Shown here: piece after piece, positions 14,956 to 27,600 of the stretch
Layout of the letters: each line of letters starts with the position of its first letter
Position numbering within the stretch: the first letter of the stretch is position 1
Assembly (NCBI GenBank): GCA_002633005.1
Contig: NMRA01000004.1
Location: 439,846-503,845 of the forward strand
DNA length: 64,000 bases
Source: Phoronis australis
Taxonomy: Eukaryota > Animalia > Phoronida
Reading direction: 5' to 3'
The notes under the pieces: generated by a model
The model's input: the letters and a program-made list of their open reading frames with translations, nothing else
The model's database searches: none
Told to the model about the DNA's origin: nothing
Position numbers and translations under genes: made by a program

Positions 14956-16291
14956 TAATTATGTAATTTAAATATAAAACCTGATCATTGACTTGTCATC
15001 TGGCAATTCTTGAGTGCGAAATCAAACTTACAACTCTCCCCAGAACTTTGAACACAACCAGAGGTTTCAACAGTACACGTATGAGTTGACGCTGGAGTAG
15101 AATCTAGGCAGGTGAAGATCCAATTTATTGGTACACTTATGCTGGTTCATTTAAACTGTCTTTATGCAGGTAATCAGTTCATATTTGATGACCAGGGTAA
15201 CAGCATGACTTGGCCTACCATAATGATATGTGGCACATCAATTGAAGCAATGTGGGACCATTGAAAGCTGAAATGAACTAGTAGTACAAGGAACCTGATG
15301 TCCGTCAACACAACCTGGCACTGAAACTTACCCTAGTTGTTAAACAATGACTACAGATTTCAAAGAGAACCGTAAACATTCAAGACAACGCCCATGCTCA
15401 CTAAGCGCCTATCCCTACTTTGGTGTTTTTTGGAATAAGCACCCACTGCACGGATAAGCGCACGTCAACTTTTGAGAAATTTCAATGATGAAACCACTTG
15501 TTAGGGTACACTCATAATTTACTTTACCGAACTGATTTTCAACAGAGTTAGGCATGCTTTTCAACATAGAAAGTGGATTAATTTTGAGTCACCGTGCACA
15601 GTATGTGGTTGCCCCTGGGGACATCGTAATCTGTAAACTTCTTTGGCAGTGTATTAAAAATGACCATGCAGTTGAAATTGTAACTTACAGAGAATGTGGT
15701 CAGCCACAGACTCTTACTATACACAAGAATTTTATTTTTCAAACAATCCATCTGTTCTCAAAGTTTTAAGAGGCCAATGCCGGCTTTGTTAAACCTCCGC
15801 AGGCAACTTACACCACTAGCATGCATGACAGGCTAACGTGTCGTTATGTGGCTGATCTGTTTTTACATGTATGGGACATATTCAGTGCCAAGGAGGCAAA
15901 CTCAAATCACTCAATAACAGAAATCTACTCAGAATATTTTGGCGTTTTCAGTTCATGACGAACCAATTATTAAATATGTAATCAACATAAGTCAAGACTT
16001 TTTTCAGTGAAATTTGCACTGCATCATTCCTACCCATCAATACATCTTTCAACTAGGACACACAATATCTTGAGGAATTTTTTGAACGAGTGTTTTTCAA
16101 TCACTGGAGTTGCAAATTTTGCACTCTGACATCAGGAGTCTGCATTTAGATGTGTCAAACTTGCATCTTCCAATGACAACCATATGGCAGGTGAGCCCTA
16201 GAAAAACTGCAGGTTGTTTTTCATTGTGTATTTTTTCTTTAAGTTGCATATTTAAATACTTGAACATACAGGTGTGTGTCTGTCCGTTAGA

Positions 16292-16928
16292 AGGCTCTTT
16301 CATACTAACGACGTGTCAATATTTTGGAGAGTTAAGTTCAGTATGAATGGTTAACTTCGGTCCTGGATCAAACTTAACAGCACCAGTTAACACTGCAGTA
16401 AATGGGTGGATTTAACAGCGGAGTGTCAACATTGCAGTGCAGTATGAATGGTCAACTTCAGTTCTATTGAAGTTACATCGCCAGAGGCCATTGTTATCAT
16501 CAACAATTAAAGGGCAGTGTCATCCGTAATAGTTGCTAATACTTAGCTTGAATAATCACCTTTTAAATTTGTTTTATGTCATCTTTAAAAAAGTCTTAGT
16601 GTGCACAGGAGCCATCAGTGCTACATTGAGTCAATGCTACATTGAGTCAGTGCTACATTGAGTCAGTGCTACATTGAGTCAGTGCTACATTGAGTCAGTG
16701 CTACATTGAGTCAGTGCTACATTGAGTCAGTGCTACATTGAGTCAGTGCTACATTGAGTCAGTGCTACATTGAGTCAGTGCTACATTGAGTCAGTGCTAC
16801 ATTGAGATTACTTTTATGACAACTGCGCCACCTACCGTTTACTTTGATGTCCAGTAACAATTAAATTAACTTCACAATTTACGTGGACGCTCAACTAAGG
16901 CCAGAGTTTAGTCACTATGAAAGGGCCT
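16292..16928. mobile_element. MITE (PIF/Harbinger-like termini), copy 1, containing a minisatellite
   Basis: TIR aggctctttcatactaac / gtcactatgaaagggcct; body homologous to 21054-21471. Confidence 0.6.
16615..16806. repeat. 16-bp minisatellite x12 (tcagtgctacattgag)
   Basis: Twelve head-to-tail, near-identical copies read directly. Confidence 0.95.
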
Positions 16929-17344
16929 TTAGAGTGCCAATTCATCTTTTGTGTCTGCAACAAGCCTTGTAATTCTTTAAATTTCAGGTCATCTCAACTT
17001 TTAAGGTCATAAGCTGTTTTTACATGACGAGGAATTGTCACTATGCTAGTTGTCCCCCCCCCCGCCCGGGACTTGCTCCTCCTTAGTTACATTTACAGGA
17101 CATTAGATCCCAACAGGATCAGTAGGAGTCATTTTCATGAAGACTGCTTGCATAAATAATAGTGAATATCCAAACCATGTAGAATGCCAGTGAATTGCCC
17201 CTTTATGGGTTATTAGAGATGATCCCTTCCACCTTACTCCAGTTTGTGTTTAGACGTGAATTGAAACTGGAGCAACTGATCGAGTGCAACTTGCTCTACC
17301 TCTCAAACCAGTGTCAAAAATGGCCGCCGTGGTGTCAGCGTGCT

Positions 17345-17581
17345 CTGTGTCAGTCGTGTTTAGACACACACTTGTGTCTGATCAGCAGGTCTGTGTCAGT
17401 CATGTTTAGACACACACTTGTGCCTGATCAGCAGGTCTGTGTCAGTCGTGTTTAGACACACACTTGTGTCTGATCAGCAGGTCTGTGTCAGTCGTGTTTA
17501 GACACACACTTGTGCCTGATCAGCAGGTCTGTGTCAGTCGTGTTTAGACACACACTTGTGCCTGATCAGCAGGTCTATGTC
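17345..17581. repeat. 46-bp minisatellite x5 plus a partial copy
   Basis: Unit ctgtgtcagtcgtgtttagacacacacttgtgYctgatcagcaggt starting at 17345, 17391, 17437, 17483 and 17529. Confidence 0.95.
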
Positions 17582-20500
17582 TTCTGTGTAAATGTGGCTA
17601 CACGTTAAGACCCTCTGTTTCAGTTGGCGCCAAAGTTACAGTGCACTGATTATTTCATTTCTTTCAAGATTACAGAGAAGTGACTCTTACTTTTTTTAGG
17701 AACAGGCATCATTCATAGTGTTAAAAATCATCAGTTTCGAGTGCAATTGATATACATATTATTTGTTAACTAAGCCTGAATGTCAATGGTATGTCAACAT
17801 GCTGTCATCAAAACTTGAATATACAAGGAAAAATTTCAAAAACAAGCAATGTCAAAAATGAGTTTTATCAAATCATCATGGACTATGTTTGACATAAAAT
17901 TAAAAACCAGGTTAGAACAATATAGCAAGATTTTCCATTTAGATTCGTCTACTTCAATAAATCGTCTTTTGAATAAATTGGCCAGGAGACAGTTTCATAA
18001 GTGACTTAACGGGTCCCTCACTCACCTCACGGGAAAGGTGCCTGTGTCTTCTCAGGGGAGAATTTTTGCTTTCAGGGAAAATCCTCACCCGGTCACAACA
18101 AATTTCACCCAAATTTTTTTGATTCTGAAAATTGGGTCATGGCAATTGTGACATTCATCATATTCCTCAAATATCAGACATTACATTTTGTATCAACAAA
18201 GTACGAGTTTAAAGTCGAAAATAGCTGCCAAAGCAACAGAATTCGGAATGAGCAATTTCTCTGTCTTTCTCGTAATTGAATTTGGGACAGTCAATACTGC
18301 CCACTTTTCAAATTTGGTGCAAGATCCGACTTTGAGAAAAATAAAATTTACACTGTCCCAAAATTGAGGAGTTTTTATTCTATTTATTGAACAACTTGCA
18401 CTCTACAATAAAAGCATGTTTCCAAAATTGTAAATCTTCAAAACAAGGTCTCTAAAATCAAAACACTAATTATGTCGGCTTTTATGAGAGACAAATCAAA
18501 CTTAATGAAATGGGAGCATTTGCTCTTTCCAGAAATAAATCCTGACTTTTGACTGTCAAACAGCAGAAAAACTAAGAATAAAATCAATACGCTGTTAAAA
18601 CATTAATTACGCCACTGACAACAAAGCTATCGATCTACAAGCTTAACTGTACAAGACAGCTGTCATCTGTGATCATTCAGATATATAGTTTAAGGACAAT
18701 TTAATATTGAGAAAAGTCAAGACAAGACAGGTGAATAATAAATATTACCTCGTACATGTGCCACTGCGTCATTCATGTTCCTTAAATATTACACACCTTT
18801 CACATTTTCTAATGTAGATTCAGAGATATTCTTGACTAGGTTTGAACCTGTGCCCATTGGGCGCACCTGATGATAGAAAGTGGGCCTTTTTCAAAAAGTT
18901 GTGCCCAGCAGACTAATCAGTGTAATTAAAGAGGTAACATATGAAACAGAAACCTCAATGGCAATCCAAATAAGAACAGTCATGTTTTACCAGACTGGCT
19001 GTAAGTTGAATAGAACCTTGCACTTTTGGAATGGTACGCTTTAAAAGATGCGCCTGGGTGGGGAGGGGGGTGCACTGATGCAATGTAGTTCTAACATTAC
19101 CTGGAAATATACATTGAGATATACCTTAGTTGCCTGAAAAACAGCATTCCAAGATTTACAACAAGGGGAAAGGATAGCAAATTAAAACAGACAAAAACAT
19201 TCAAATTCAATTGACAATGCCTCTCAAGTACAGCATACAACAAAACAAGGTAAGTCAGATATGTAACTAAGAGATCTGAAGGTAAGCAAAAATAAAAAAG
19301 AACAACGACAAAGGCAAGAGAGGCCAATGTAGACGTAAAAAGCTCTCCTTAATTTCAAACTGGACTACTACAGTACACGTGTCATCGCTTTTGAGTGTTC
19401 GAAGCATTGACAAGTTGAGAAAAACATTGACAAAATTTTATCATATTGTCGGACTCTCAACATAGGTAACAGGTGCCTGTGATGTAAGCAAACGTCAGAA
19501 AGCATTTTAGCATATTTCCCGCAAAAAGCAACAGTGTGAGATATTCCTATATGTATGGATGAAGTGGTGAATGCATAGCGTTCAGACATGATGTGAAAAG
19601 GAGTGACCTAGAAGAGTGTCTTGTGACTCAATCATATCTAAGACCACCATGGTCATATGCTCAAACATGTAATGAAGTACTTTTATTTTAAAAGAGTTTA
19701 AAGTAACTTAATTAACTTTACTTCAGTAAATGAATTAGGTGGTGTCGGCACCCCATAGGCCACGTTGCAATAAACTCGAACACGGGCAATTGACAGTGCT
19801 TGCACACATATCATATAGAGCTTATTTGACACAACCCGATTATCAAGAAATGTGCGACATAGTGGAGAATTACCATAAGCATCTAAACACAAAACTCTGT
19901 CCAGGCGGAAGCAGTTNACATATCCTGCAGTTGCACAATAGCAACAGCGTACAAATGGCTAACAGAATAAGTGTTTGGTTCTAACAAGGCAGTGTTAACA
20001 TGCATCCACTGTGTGCATTGCAAACAGTAAAGATACAACGGGAAGTCGCCATCTTAATTAGAAACCTAGTTGCAATATTTAACGAAATTCTGTTAAGGAA
20101 CATGGTAGACACAGAGGCAAAAAATAAAAATGCCACTGGAGGGCACAGCAGTAGTTTAAATTTCACCAGCACATGTAATCAGCTTTATTGGAACGTATAG
20201 GTCAAATTTCATGAAGGTTCTACAAGGGGAGATAGAAGCACACACCAAATGCCCAGACAGAGACTACAATACCATGGTACCATACACTAACACACACATA
20301 TAAACAAGTGTATGGGGCATATTAAAGGAATGATAACTGCACTTCCTTAACAGGATCTGAGCTTCAGCAAAGGTTTTGACGAAATTTTTAATTGACGGTC
20401 AATTAATTTTTTCGTTACTGTTATAGATAACTTCTAATAATCTGAATGTGGCGTTAAAACGTTTGAACTATAAATTACCTAACAATTCAATGCCTATTGT

Positions 20501-21053
20501 ACAAAGGGTGCGCATTGATAAAAGGTAGCCCACGACAACTATGGATCAGCAATGTGCAGCCACACAACTGACTCATAAAGCCTTCTTTCAACTGATTGTT
20601 GTTCTCTTAGATACATTGGGCTACCCAAATACTCCTAGAAATAATTTAGCAAAATAAGAAAACACAATTTAAACACTCAAACAAAGACACATTGAAAATT
20701 AATTATTCTGCTCAGGGACAGCGCTTGTGTTAAATTTTAGAAACGACAACAGTGGCCATCTCAAATTGATGAATTACAATTCCATAAACAGTGGTTTCAT
20801 GCGTAAGGTTGCACTCAATACAGTCATTTTTTTATCGATATGTTGGCAATATGATCAAATACGCTTTGCCACAAGATAGTGATTATAGAGTACTTGGCAG
20901 CGTTACCTTCACTCCAATCGTGAGATTTAGGAGATTTGAGGCTGTGGGATATCACAGCATTTTAATATATTCTTTGCAACCGTCATCAAAATACCAATGA
21001 TGGGCTGTGGAGTATTCAAAGCAATTCCCATCAAATCTCTGACAAATGTGTTT

Positions 21054-21471
21054 AGGGCCTTTCATACTAACGTCGATGCCTTGATGTTTTGGGAAGTTGT
21101 AGTCCGTATGAACGATGAACTTCAGTCCTGGATTGAAGTTAACAGCGCCAGTTAACTTCACACTGAACAGGTGGATTTAACAGCAGAGCGTCGACGCTCT
21201 AGTGCAGTATGAACGGTCAACTTCGGTTCAATCGAAGTTATCGCCAGGTGGCACTGTTTTTGTCAACAATTAAAGGGTAATGTTGTCGCTAATAGTTATA
21301 AATATAATTATATTTTGCTTGAATAATCACCAACCAAATTAAAAACAAGTTATATGTAACGTTTACTTCGATGTCCATTAACTACCGAAGCCAGTATGAA
21401 TGGTTTAGATGACTTTGCAGTTTACGTCGACGCTCTGCTCAGACCGGAGTTAAGTCAATATGAAAAGCCCT
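21054..21471. mobile_element. MITE (PIF/Harbinger-like termini), copy 2
   Basis: TIR agggcctttcatactaac / gtcaatatgaaaagccct; shares the gtatgaa..gtcaacttc..gttaac body with 16292-16928 but lacks the minisatellite. Confidence 0.6.
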
Positions 21472-22668
21472 TTTGAGTTTGCCAACTCGGCTGATCTTGA
21501 AAACAGGAATTTAAAATTAGCAGAAGCAAAAGACATTTTCATGATGTCACAACACCAACGAGGCCTATGCTCCACACATAGGTTGAGGATACGCCTGTTG
21601 GATGGTGCATGCAATTTGAAAGTAATGTCGAGTTATGGAAAGTAAATGCGAGAATGAAAAGATCCCCATACAATACCGTCAAAGTCTACTAACACCACTT
21701 CTCATGAAAACTATGTAGTAAACCAAATTTCTCTCACAACAAAATAATTGCCATTTTAGCAGTAATCAAGGTCGATTTCTGCAAAAACATTTAGGCAATT
21801 GTGGAGGAAAAAATACCCGCACAGAAATTAAAATTATACTGACACTCAGCTGAAGTCACCAAATGAATAGTTTGAGTTTTGAGAGACAGTTTAAACAGTG
21901 CATGTAGCCTACCTAGAAGTCATGAAATTAATTAGCTCTACTATCTATCTTAATACCTTTAATCAGTACTAGTAGGTGCCAACTGTCTGGCTTCTGGAAG
22001 GACAGCCCTGCTTTTGGTGGGACTATCCTGCTTTTTGAAGGTTTGACCCACCACACCAACAAAATTTCCCTTTTCTCAACACAGGACAAAGTAGATTCCA
22101 CTAACTGTCATATATTATAGTGATTTATAACATTCAACTAAATTCAAAAATCAAAAAAATCTGTTGAACTGTTTTAGTACTGTTCCATTTTCCTGTTCAA
22201 CTAAAATAAGATAAAAAAGGAAAAAATGTTGCTGGAGCATTTTCAGATGTTAAAGGACTTGTATTTTCGTGACTCTGTGGCACACCCTTGACAAAGAGAC
22301 CATTACTTGGAACATGGGGATATTTTAATATATTACTGACTCTCGTCGTTTTAGTTTTACTAGTTTTGCCGTTTTATATTGTTCAAGCCAAGTAACCATT
22401 TTTTCATTCTTAAATGCTGACAACTACTAGTATGTTTACCTGGTCAGTCAACAACTGCACATCTCATTAGTGGTCTCCTGTACAGGTCACTCCTAACCAG
22501 TGCAGACAACAAGATTTTAAGTGCACAGTCACTTTACAAAGCTAATGTGTATGAAGCCCTTTATCTCATCCAACTGGGCCAACAGTCAAAAGTGCGCTCA
22601 CTCCTATTTTTACCACGCCTGCCAGGAGCGCATGTATTGTTAAAAATGGCCAGTTGTTGATTTGAGAT

Positions 22669-23837
22669 ACTGAACGAAGGACTGCTTAAAGAAAAGGTTC
22701 GATTACGAGAGTATTCGTTCGAGTTGGATGGAATTAAAAATGTTGACGTCTCCTACAAAAAGTTCTTTTAACATGACTTTGATGGTTTAATCAGTGTGAG
22801 TCATAATTCGCCAAAAGATCTGGTGTATGAGGCTCCTATAGGAGCTTCACCGTCTCTACTGGAGCCAGCTAGAGATGGTGGTCACTGTCTACGATTCAAC
22901 AAACCAAGAGCAATTGGTCTTTCTCCTGATAGCATTTATAGCATCTTGCTCCAGCGAGTTCTCCACAAATTCACGATCAAAAAGGCCGATGCATAGGAAC
23001 TCCTGCAAGACGGGTCACATGGGTTAGCATGGGAACTGTCAGTTTGTCACGGAAGGTCACAGCATCAATAACAGAGTTACGGATGGATACCGGCACTTGC
23101 CACTTTATCCCGGAAGGTTACGAAATGGTCTGGCTAAGTGTGTGGAGTTATTGATGTCGTGAGCTTCCGTGACAAACCGGAAATTTGTGCTAACCCACGT
23201 GACCTGTCTTACAAGAGTTTTTGTGTATCAGCCTTTTGGCAAGATTTTTGTGTTTTGATTGCAAATTTGTAGCGAATTCGCAGGAGCAAGATGCTATAAG
23301 GAGAAAGAACATTTGCTCGTGGTTTGTAGATTGAACCCTGATTTGTGTGATTTTATTGAGATTTGTTTGATATGGACGACTTTAATGAAGCACACTATGG
23401 AATTCCTGGTCCTGAGTGTCAGACCTTTTAGTATTATATATAGTGTAATGAGGAGAATCAGAAACTCAACCTAAGCACGCCTGTGCCTGTGGGCAAAAGT
23501 GGACCGCAACTAGCCCATGTCCATGGCTAAACAGTAAGGCAGTAGATATGTACCTGAGGCAATTTGAGAGTAGACAGTGACCACTGAACCAAGGACTACT
23601 CGAAGAAAAAGTTTGATAACGGGAGTATTTGATCGAGTTGGAAGGAATGTATAAGACATCGATGGCCTCCAGTGGTGTCCCTCTACCGACTATGGCTGCG
23701 CAAAAGGTATTTATAACAACGTGACTTTGATGATTTAGTCAGTGTGAAGTATAATTCGCCGAAAAACTTCCAGCGTATGAAGCTCCTAGAGGAGCTCCAC
23801 CATCTCTACTGGGCCAGCTAGACACGGTCATCACTGT
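22669..23837. repeat. Diverged direct repeats of about 230 bp (22669-22888, 23583-23837) flanking a foldback element (22919-23307)
   Basis: actgaac.aaggact...gccagctaga...tcactgt occurs twice. Between the copies lies an imperfect inverted repeat with arms of about 150 bp (tatagcatcttgctcc ... ggagcaagatgctata). Confidence 0.7.
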
Positions 23838-24029
23838 AGGAGCTTCAGTTCACAAGTTCCCCATCTCTGTGTTGGAGTACTGAACCAGCTAGAGAGTAGA
23901 GTCGGTGCTCACTGACACTGTCGTGAGGTGTCGAAGACAACTCAAACTCTGGAGCCAGATTGCAAACAAACTCTGTTTGCATCATTAGCGTACAGATTAT
24001 CGAAACAAATTAATTTGTGAGCCTGCTAA

Positions 24030-24642
24030 CGAGTTACCTGGTAACCCACCTTTAGCACCTGAAGTTGAGCCTGATAACAGACGACAGTAATCATGTGATC
24101 ATTGATCGAGTTCAAGTTCCAAGGAAGCCAACTCAAAGTCGGATGTTTTGTGCGCATGCGTTACAATGATGATCATGTTAGTAATTTCACTTTGGGTCGT
24201 ATCTTTGATTTTAACAACATTGTGCTCCATAAATTACTGTGAAAGTATCAAAAATTATGTTCAATTTATTTTTTCTATTAAAATTGTGTAAAAAAGTTAA
24301 GATGAGCAACAGTTTTTCAAGAATGCAAAGTTCTTGTTTGTTCCTTTTCCGTTTGCGGTGGCTCTCTCTCAGATCAATTTGTATCGAATACCTTTTTCAG
24401 TCCATACATGATAGTTAAACAATCACCTGGGTTCAAATAATGACTTAGACGTTTTTATGAAGCCAAATACAAAAATAATCTCGTCATGCTGAGTAGAAAA
24501 ACTATCAAAGGTCACCTTTCTAGGTCAAAGTTCATTAAAATAACGTAAATATGGCGGAAGGGGAGTGAAATTTTATTTTTGTGAGAAATAATTTAGTTTT
24601 GTTTGTAGAATTTGGTGTGCTTTTTGATTTTCCATTGCCACA
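24030..24642. promoter_or_regulatory. SNX17 promoter/5'UTR, possibly bidirectional
   Basis: NRF1-like tgcgcatgcg at 24151-24160 and YY1/ETS-like aaatatggcggaag at 24547-24560, directly upstream of the SNX17 ATG at 24643. Confidence 0.5.
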
Positions 24643-27600
24643 ATGCATTTCTCTATACCTGATACTCAAGAATTTAAAGATGAGAGTGGTTCTTCGTACA
24701 ATGTGAGTAAATAACACACCGTACTCAACTCTGACTGATCCTTCAGGGCTTGGCAGACTTAGTTATCTTCATCACTGCAACATTTCGTCATAGACAGTTC
24801 TTGTTGATCCACCAACCTGTGTTTCTGGCTACCGCCAACGTTGTAGATAAGTTGTTAATCCCAGGGCTTGGAATTTTCGCTTTAAGATTTCCTCTTTGTA
24901 GGTGTTGATTTCCTCTTATTTGATTTCCTGTTTCCTTTATAGTTGATGTAGAGGCTCACTGGTCGGCTGTATCTAGGACCCAATAGTGTTTTATTGGGTT
25001 CTAAACACAAAGCTGTATTTTACCCTATTTAGCTGTCACTTTAAACATATTCACTGAGGAGTTTCAACGTTTCAAAATATTACTAAGTCTAAGTAACCTC
25101 AAACTGGTGTCGAGTGAGTCGAAAAGGTAAGTTTTAAAGGTTGCACACAACCCTGGATGACATAGTATATATTTTCCATTAATCAGCTCTGCACCAACTT
25201 CCTAAAATACACTTGATCTTGTCACATGTACTCAACATATGGGTTCGTGAATCTGGCAACTGCGGTCATCAGTCTTATGAACACGTGTTGACTGACCTAT
25301 TTTGAATGGAATTACTGCGCACCATATTCAACTTTAAGGGCACGGCCAACCCCAATAAAATCAACGCTTTTCCAACATGTGTATTTACCTGTTGAGGGTT
25401 TGTATGTTCTTGGTGACAGAAAAGTCCTTTCATGGTAAAGAGAATTTTAGCACTGATTTTGTGAAAGTAAGAGATCTACTTTTTTAACCAGCTAATTAGA
25501 GCAAAATGCAGCTTTATGTAAATCTGCTGTCTCAAATAAATAGTCCTTTCTATGTTTTTCAGTTTTTCACTGCATCTTGCACAGCTGTATCTTTGGCCTC
25601 GCTGAAGAATTCCATTTTTCTGAATATTCTCAATCAGATTGTACAATTTGATGTCAATTCATTATTCATGTACTGCCCAACACCAGGCCATTGGTTCTGG
25701 TCACTTTTTTGAGAACTGGGACATTGTTACTGCTTTTTTGTTGCTCACTGCTTCAAAAATGAAAATCCACCTGAATGAGCAAAAATGACGCGGGTTTTGC
25801 TTTTCTAGCTTTTACTCATTACCTGACAAGTCACGGTGTTTCAAACCTTCCGTACGTGGCTTTGTGAAGGTTTAAAGAACATGCCTTGGCTAAAATTGGT
25901 GCAAGCTTGCAAGTTCTTTGTTTGTGATTGCATGTCTCAAAATGAGTCTGATTACAGACCATAACCAACAATGCTTTTTAGCCTAATGATTTTGATTCTT
26001 GAATCTGTTTATAGTAGGCAAATAACACAAAGATATGCAATAGGCAGTCATTGTTTGTCGTTATGTATGATCAGGATCTCTAAGAGAACAATGCCTCTGA
26101 ATTTATACAATGAATGACAATTTATTGAATGTTTACCAGTCTTTATTTCTGAAGTTTAAGCAACTTGTGATGTGATTCTTTTGTAGTCTTTCAATGTTCA
26201 TGTGAATGGCGTCTTTCACTGTACCGTTCGTTTCAAGCAGCTACATAACTTTAATGAGCAGGTGAGTTTTTGTGAAAAATGTCAAAATATGTGTCGCTTT
26301 GATAATCAGAAGAACCCATGGTACAAAGATCTGCTAGACCATACAGTTGTATTCTGAATCGTAGGACATTCAGCTGTAGGACCACTGAACTAGAATTTAT
26401 TGCCAGATATTCAAGCTGCAGAGCCTTTTAACCAAGACCAAGCAAATGGCATAGGTGTGATACAGCATTACTCTATAATGAATAATAAGTAATATTAAAT
26501 GATATAGTTAATTGTGGCGAATTTGAGGTCAGCCCCTAGGCAGGTGTGAACCAGCGACCAACTACAGTCTGAAGGTCTGTTGTGCTAAAAGCTGTAGTCG
26601 AGTATTTTGAGTTATAACTTAGCTGTCTCTGATGTCACACATTAGCCACATTATCACTGGAAACATACATCCTGATGTTATGTTAATACTCCTGATGTTA
26701 TGTTAATACTCCTGATATTATGTTAATACTCCTGATGTTATGTTAATACTCCTGATGTTATGTTAATACTTTAAAGCAACACCGTGGATCCAAGTTGATT
26801 TCTTTTCAGCTCAAAAAAGAATTTGGTGCAAACAATGTTCCTCCATTTCCACCAAAAAAGCTGCTATCTCTCACACCCCCACAACTTGAGGAGCGACGTT
26901 TACTGTTGGAACGATATATACAAATAGGTAAGCTTTGCAACCAAATAGTTCATAATCCACAGACCTTGAGATACAACACAAAATTTACAAAAACTTTATT
27001 TTTAAGGTAGAAAGTGTGCATTGTGTTCAGTTTAAAACATTCCATAATAGCTTGTTACTACCTCATATTATGACCATGGCTAATTTTAAAACATTGATTT
27101 AGTTTATTATGACCAGTGGTCAAAATTGATTGAGGATGTTATATATGTCCCAGGTCCTCACTAGAGTGGAAAGTATGTGACCTAAGTAAAATGTGCCAAC
27201 TGGCATCAGCAAAAGACAAAAACATAGGCTACAACCATGTGAAACTTTCTGAAACTGTGTTTTACGCACTGCTCTCCAAAATGCTTTTGGGAATTTAGGG
27301 AGTAGTAATTTCTTCCATTACATTGACTGGCTATCAAAAGTTTGACTTTTATGATTTTTGTACAAAAAATAAAAGTTACACAAAACCAAAATGAAATGAC
27401 AATTTAAAAAATTGGTACATTGTTTTTGAGATTTCATCAAATGGAATTTTGCATGTCATTGACACCATTGTTTTGTGATGAATGTACTTTATTTTTTGAT
27501 AAATTTCACTAAAGTATGTGATAGTGTGACTTAATTCATGGTATATTGGCATTAAGTAAAAAATTAAATTCTTTAGTCTTTGTACTTTCAAAAAAATATA

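Noticed and set aside
16615-17581. Regular repeat arrays that could be mistaken for CRISPR
   Set aside because: Head-to-tail units with no unique spacers, no cas genes and a eukaryotic context: these are minisatellites.
1000-22600. Numerous 60-136 aa ORFs, for example 1313-1723, 4154-4438 and 12799-13128
   Set aside because: No recognisable domains or consistent exon chains, many overlap repeats, and such ORFs are expected by chance.
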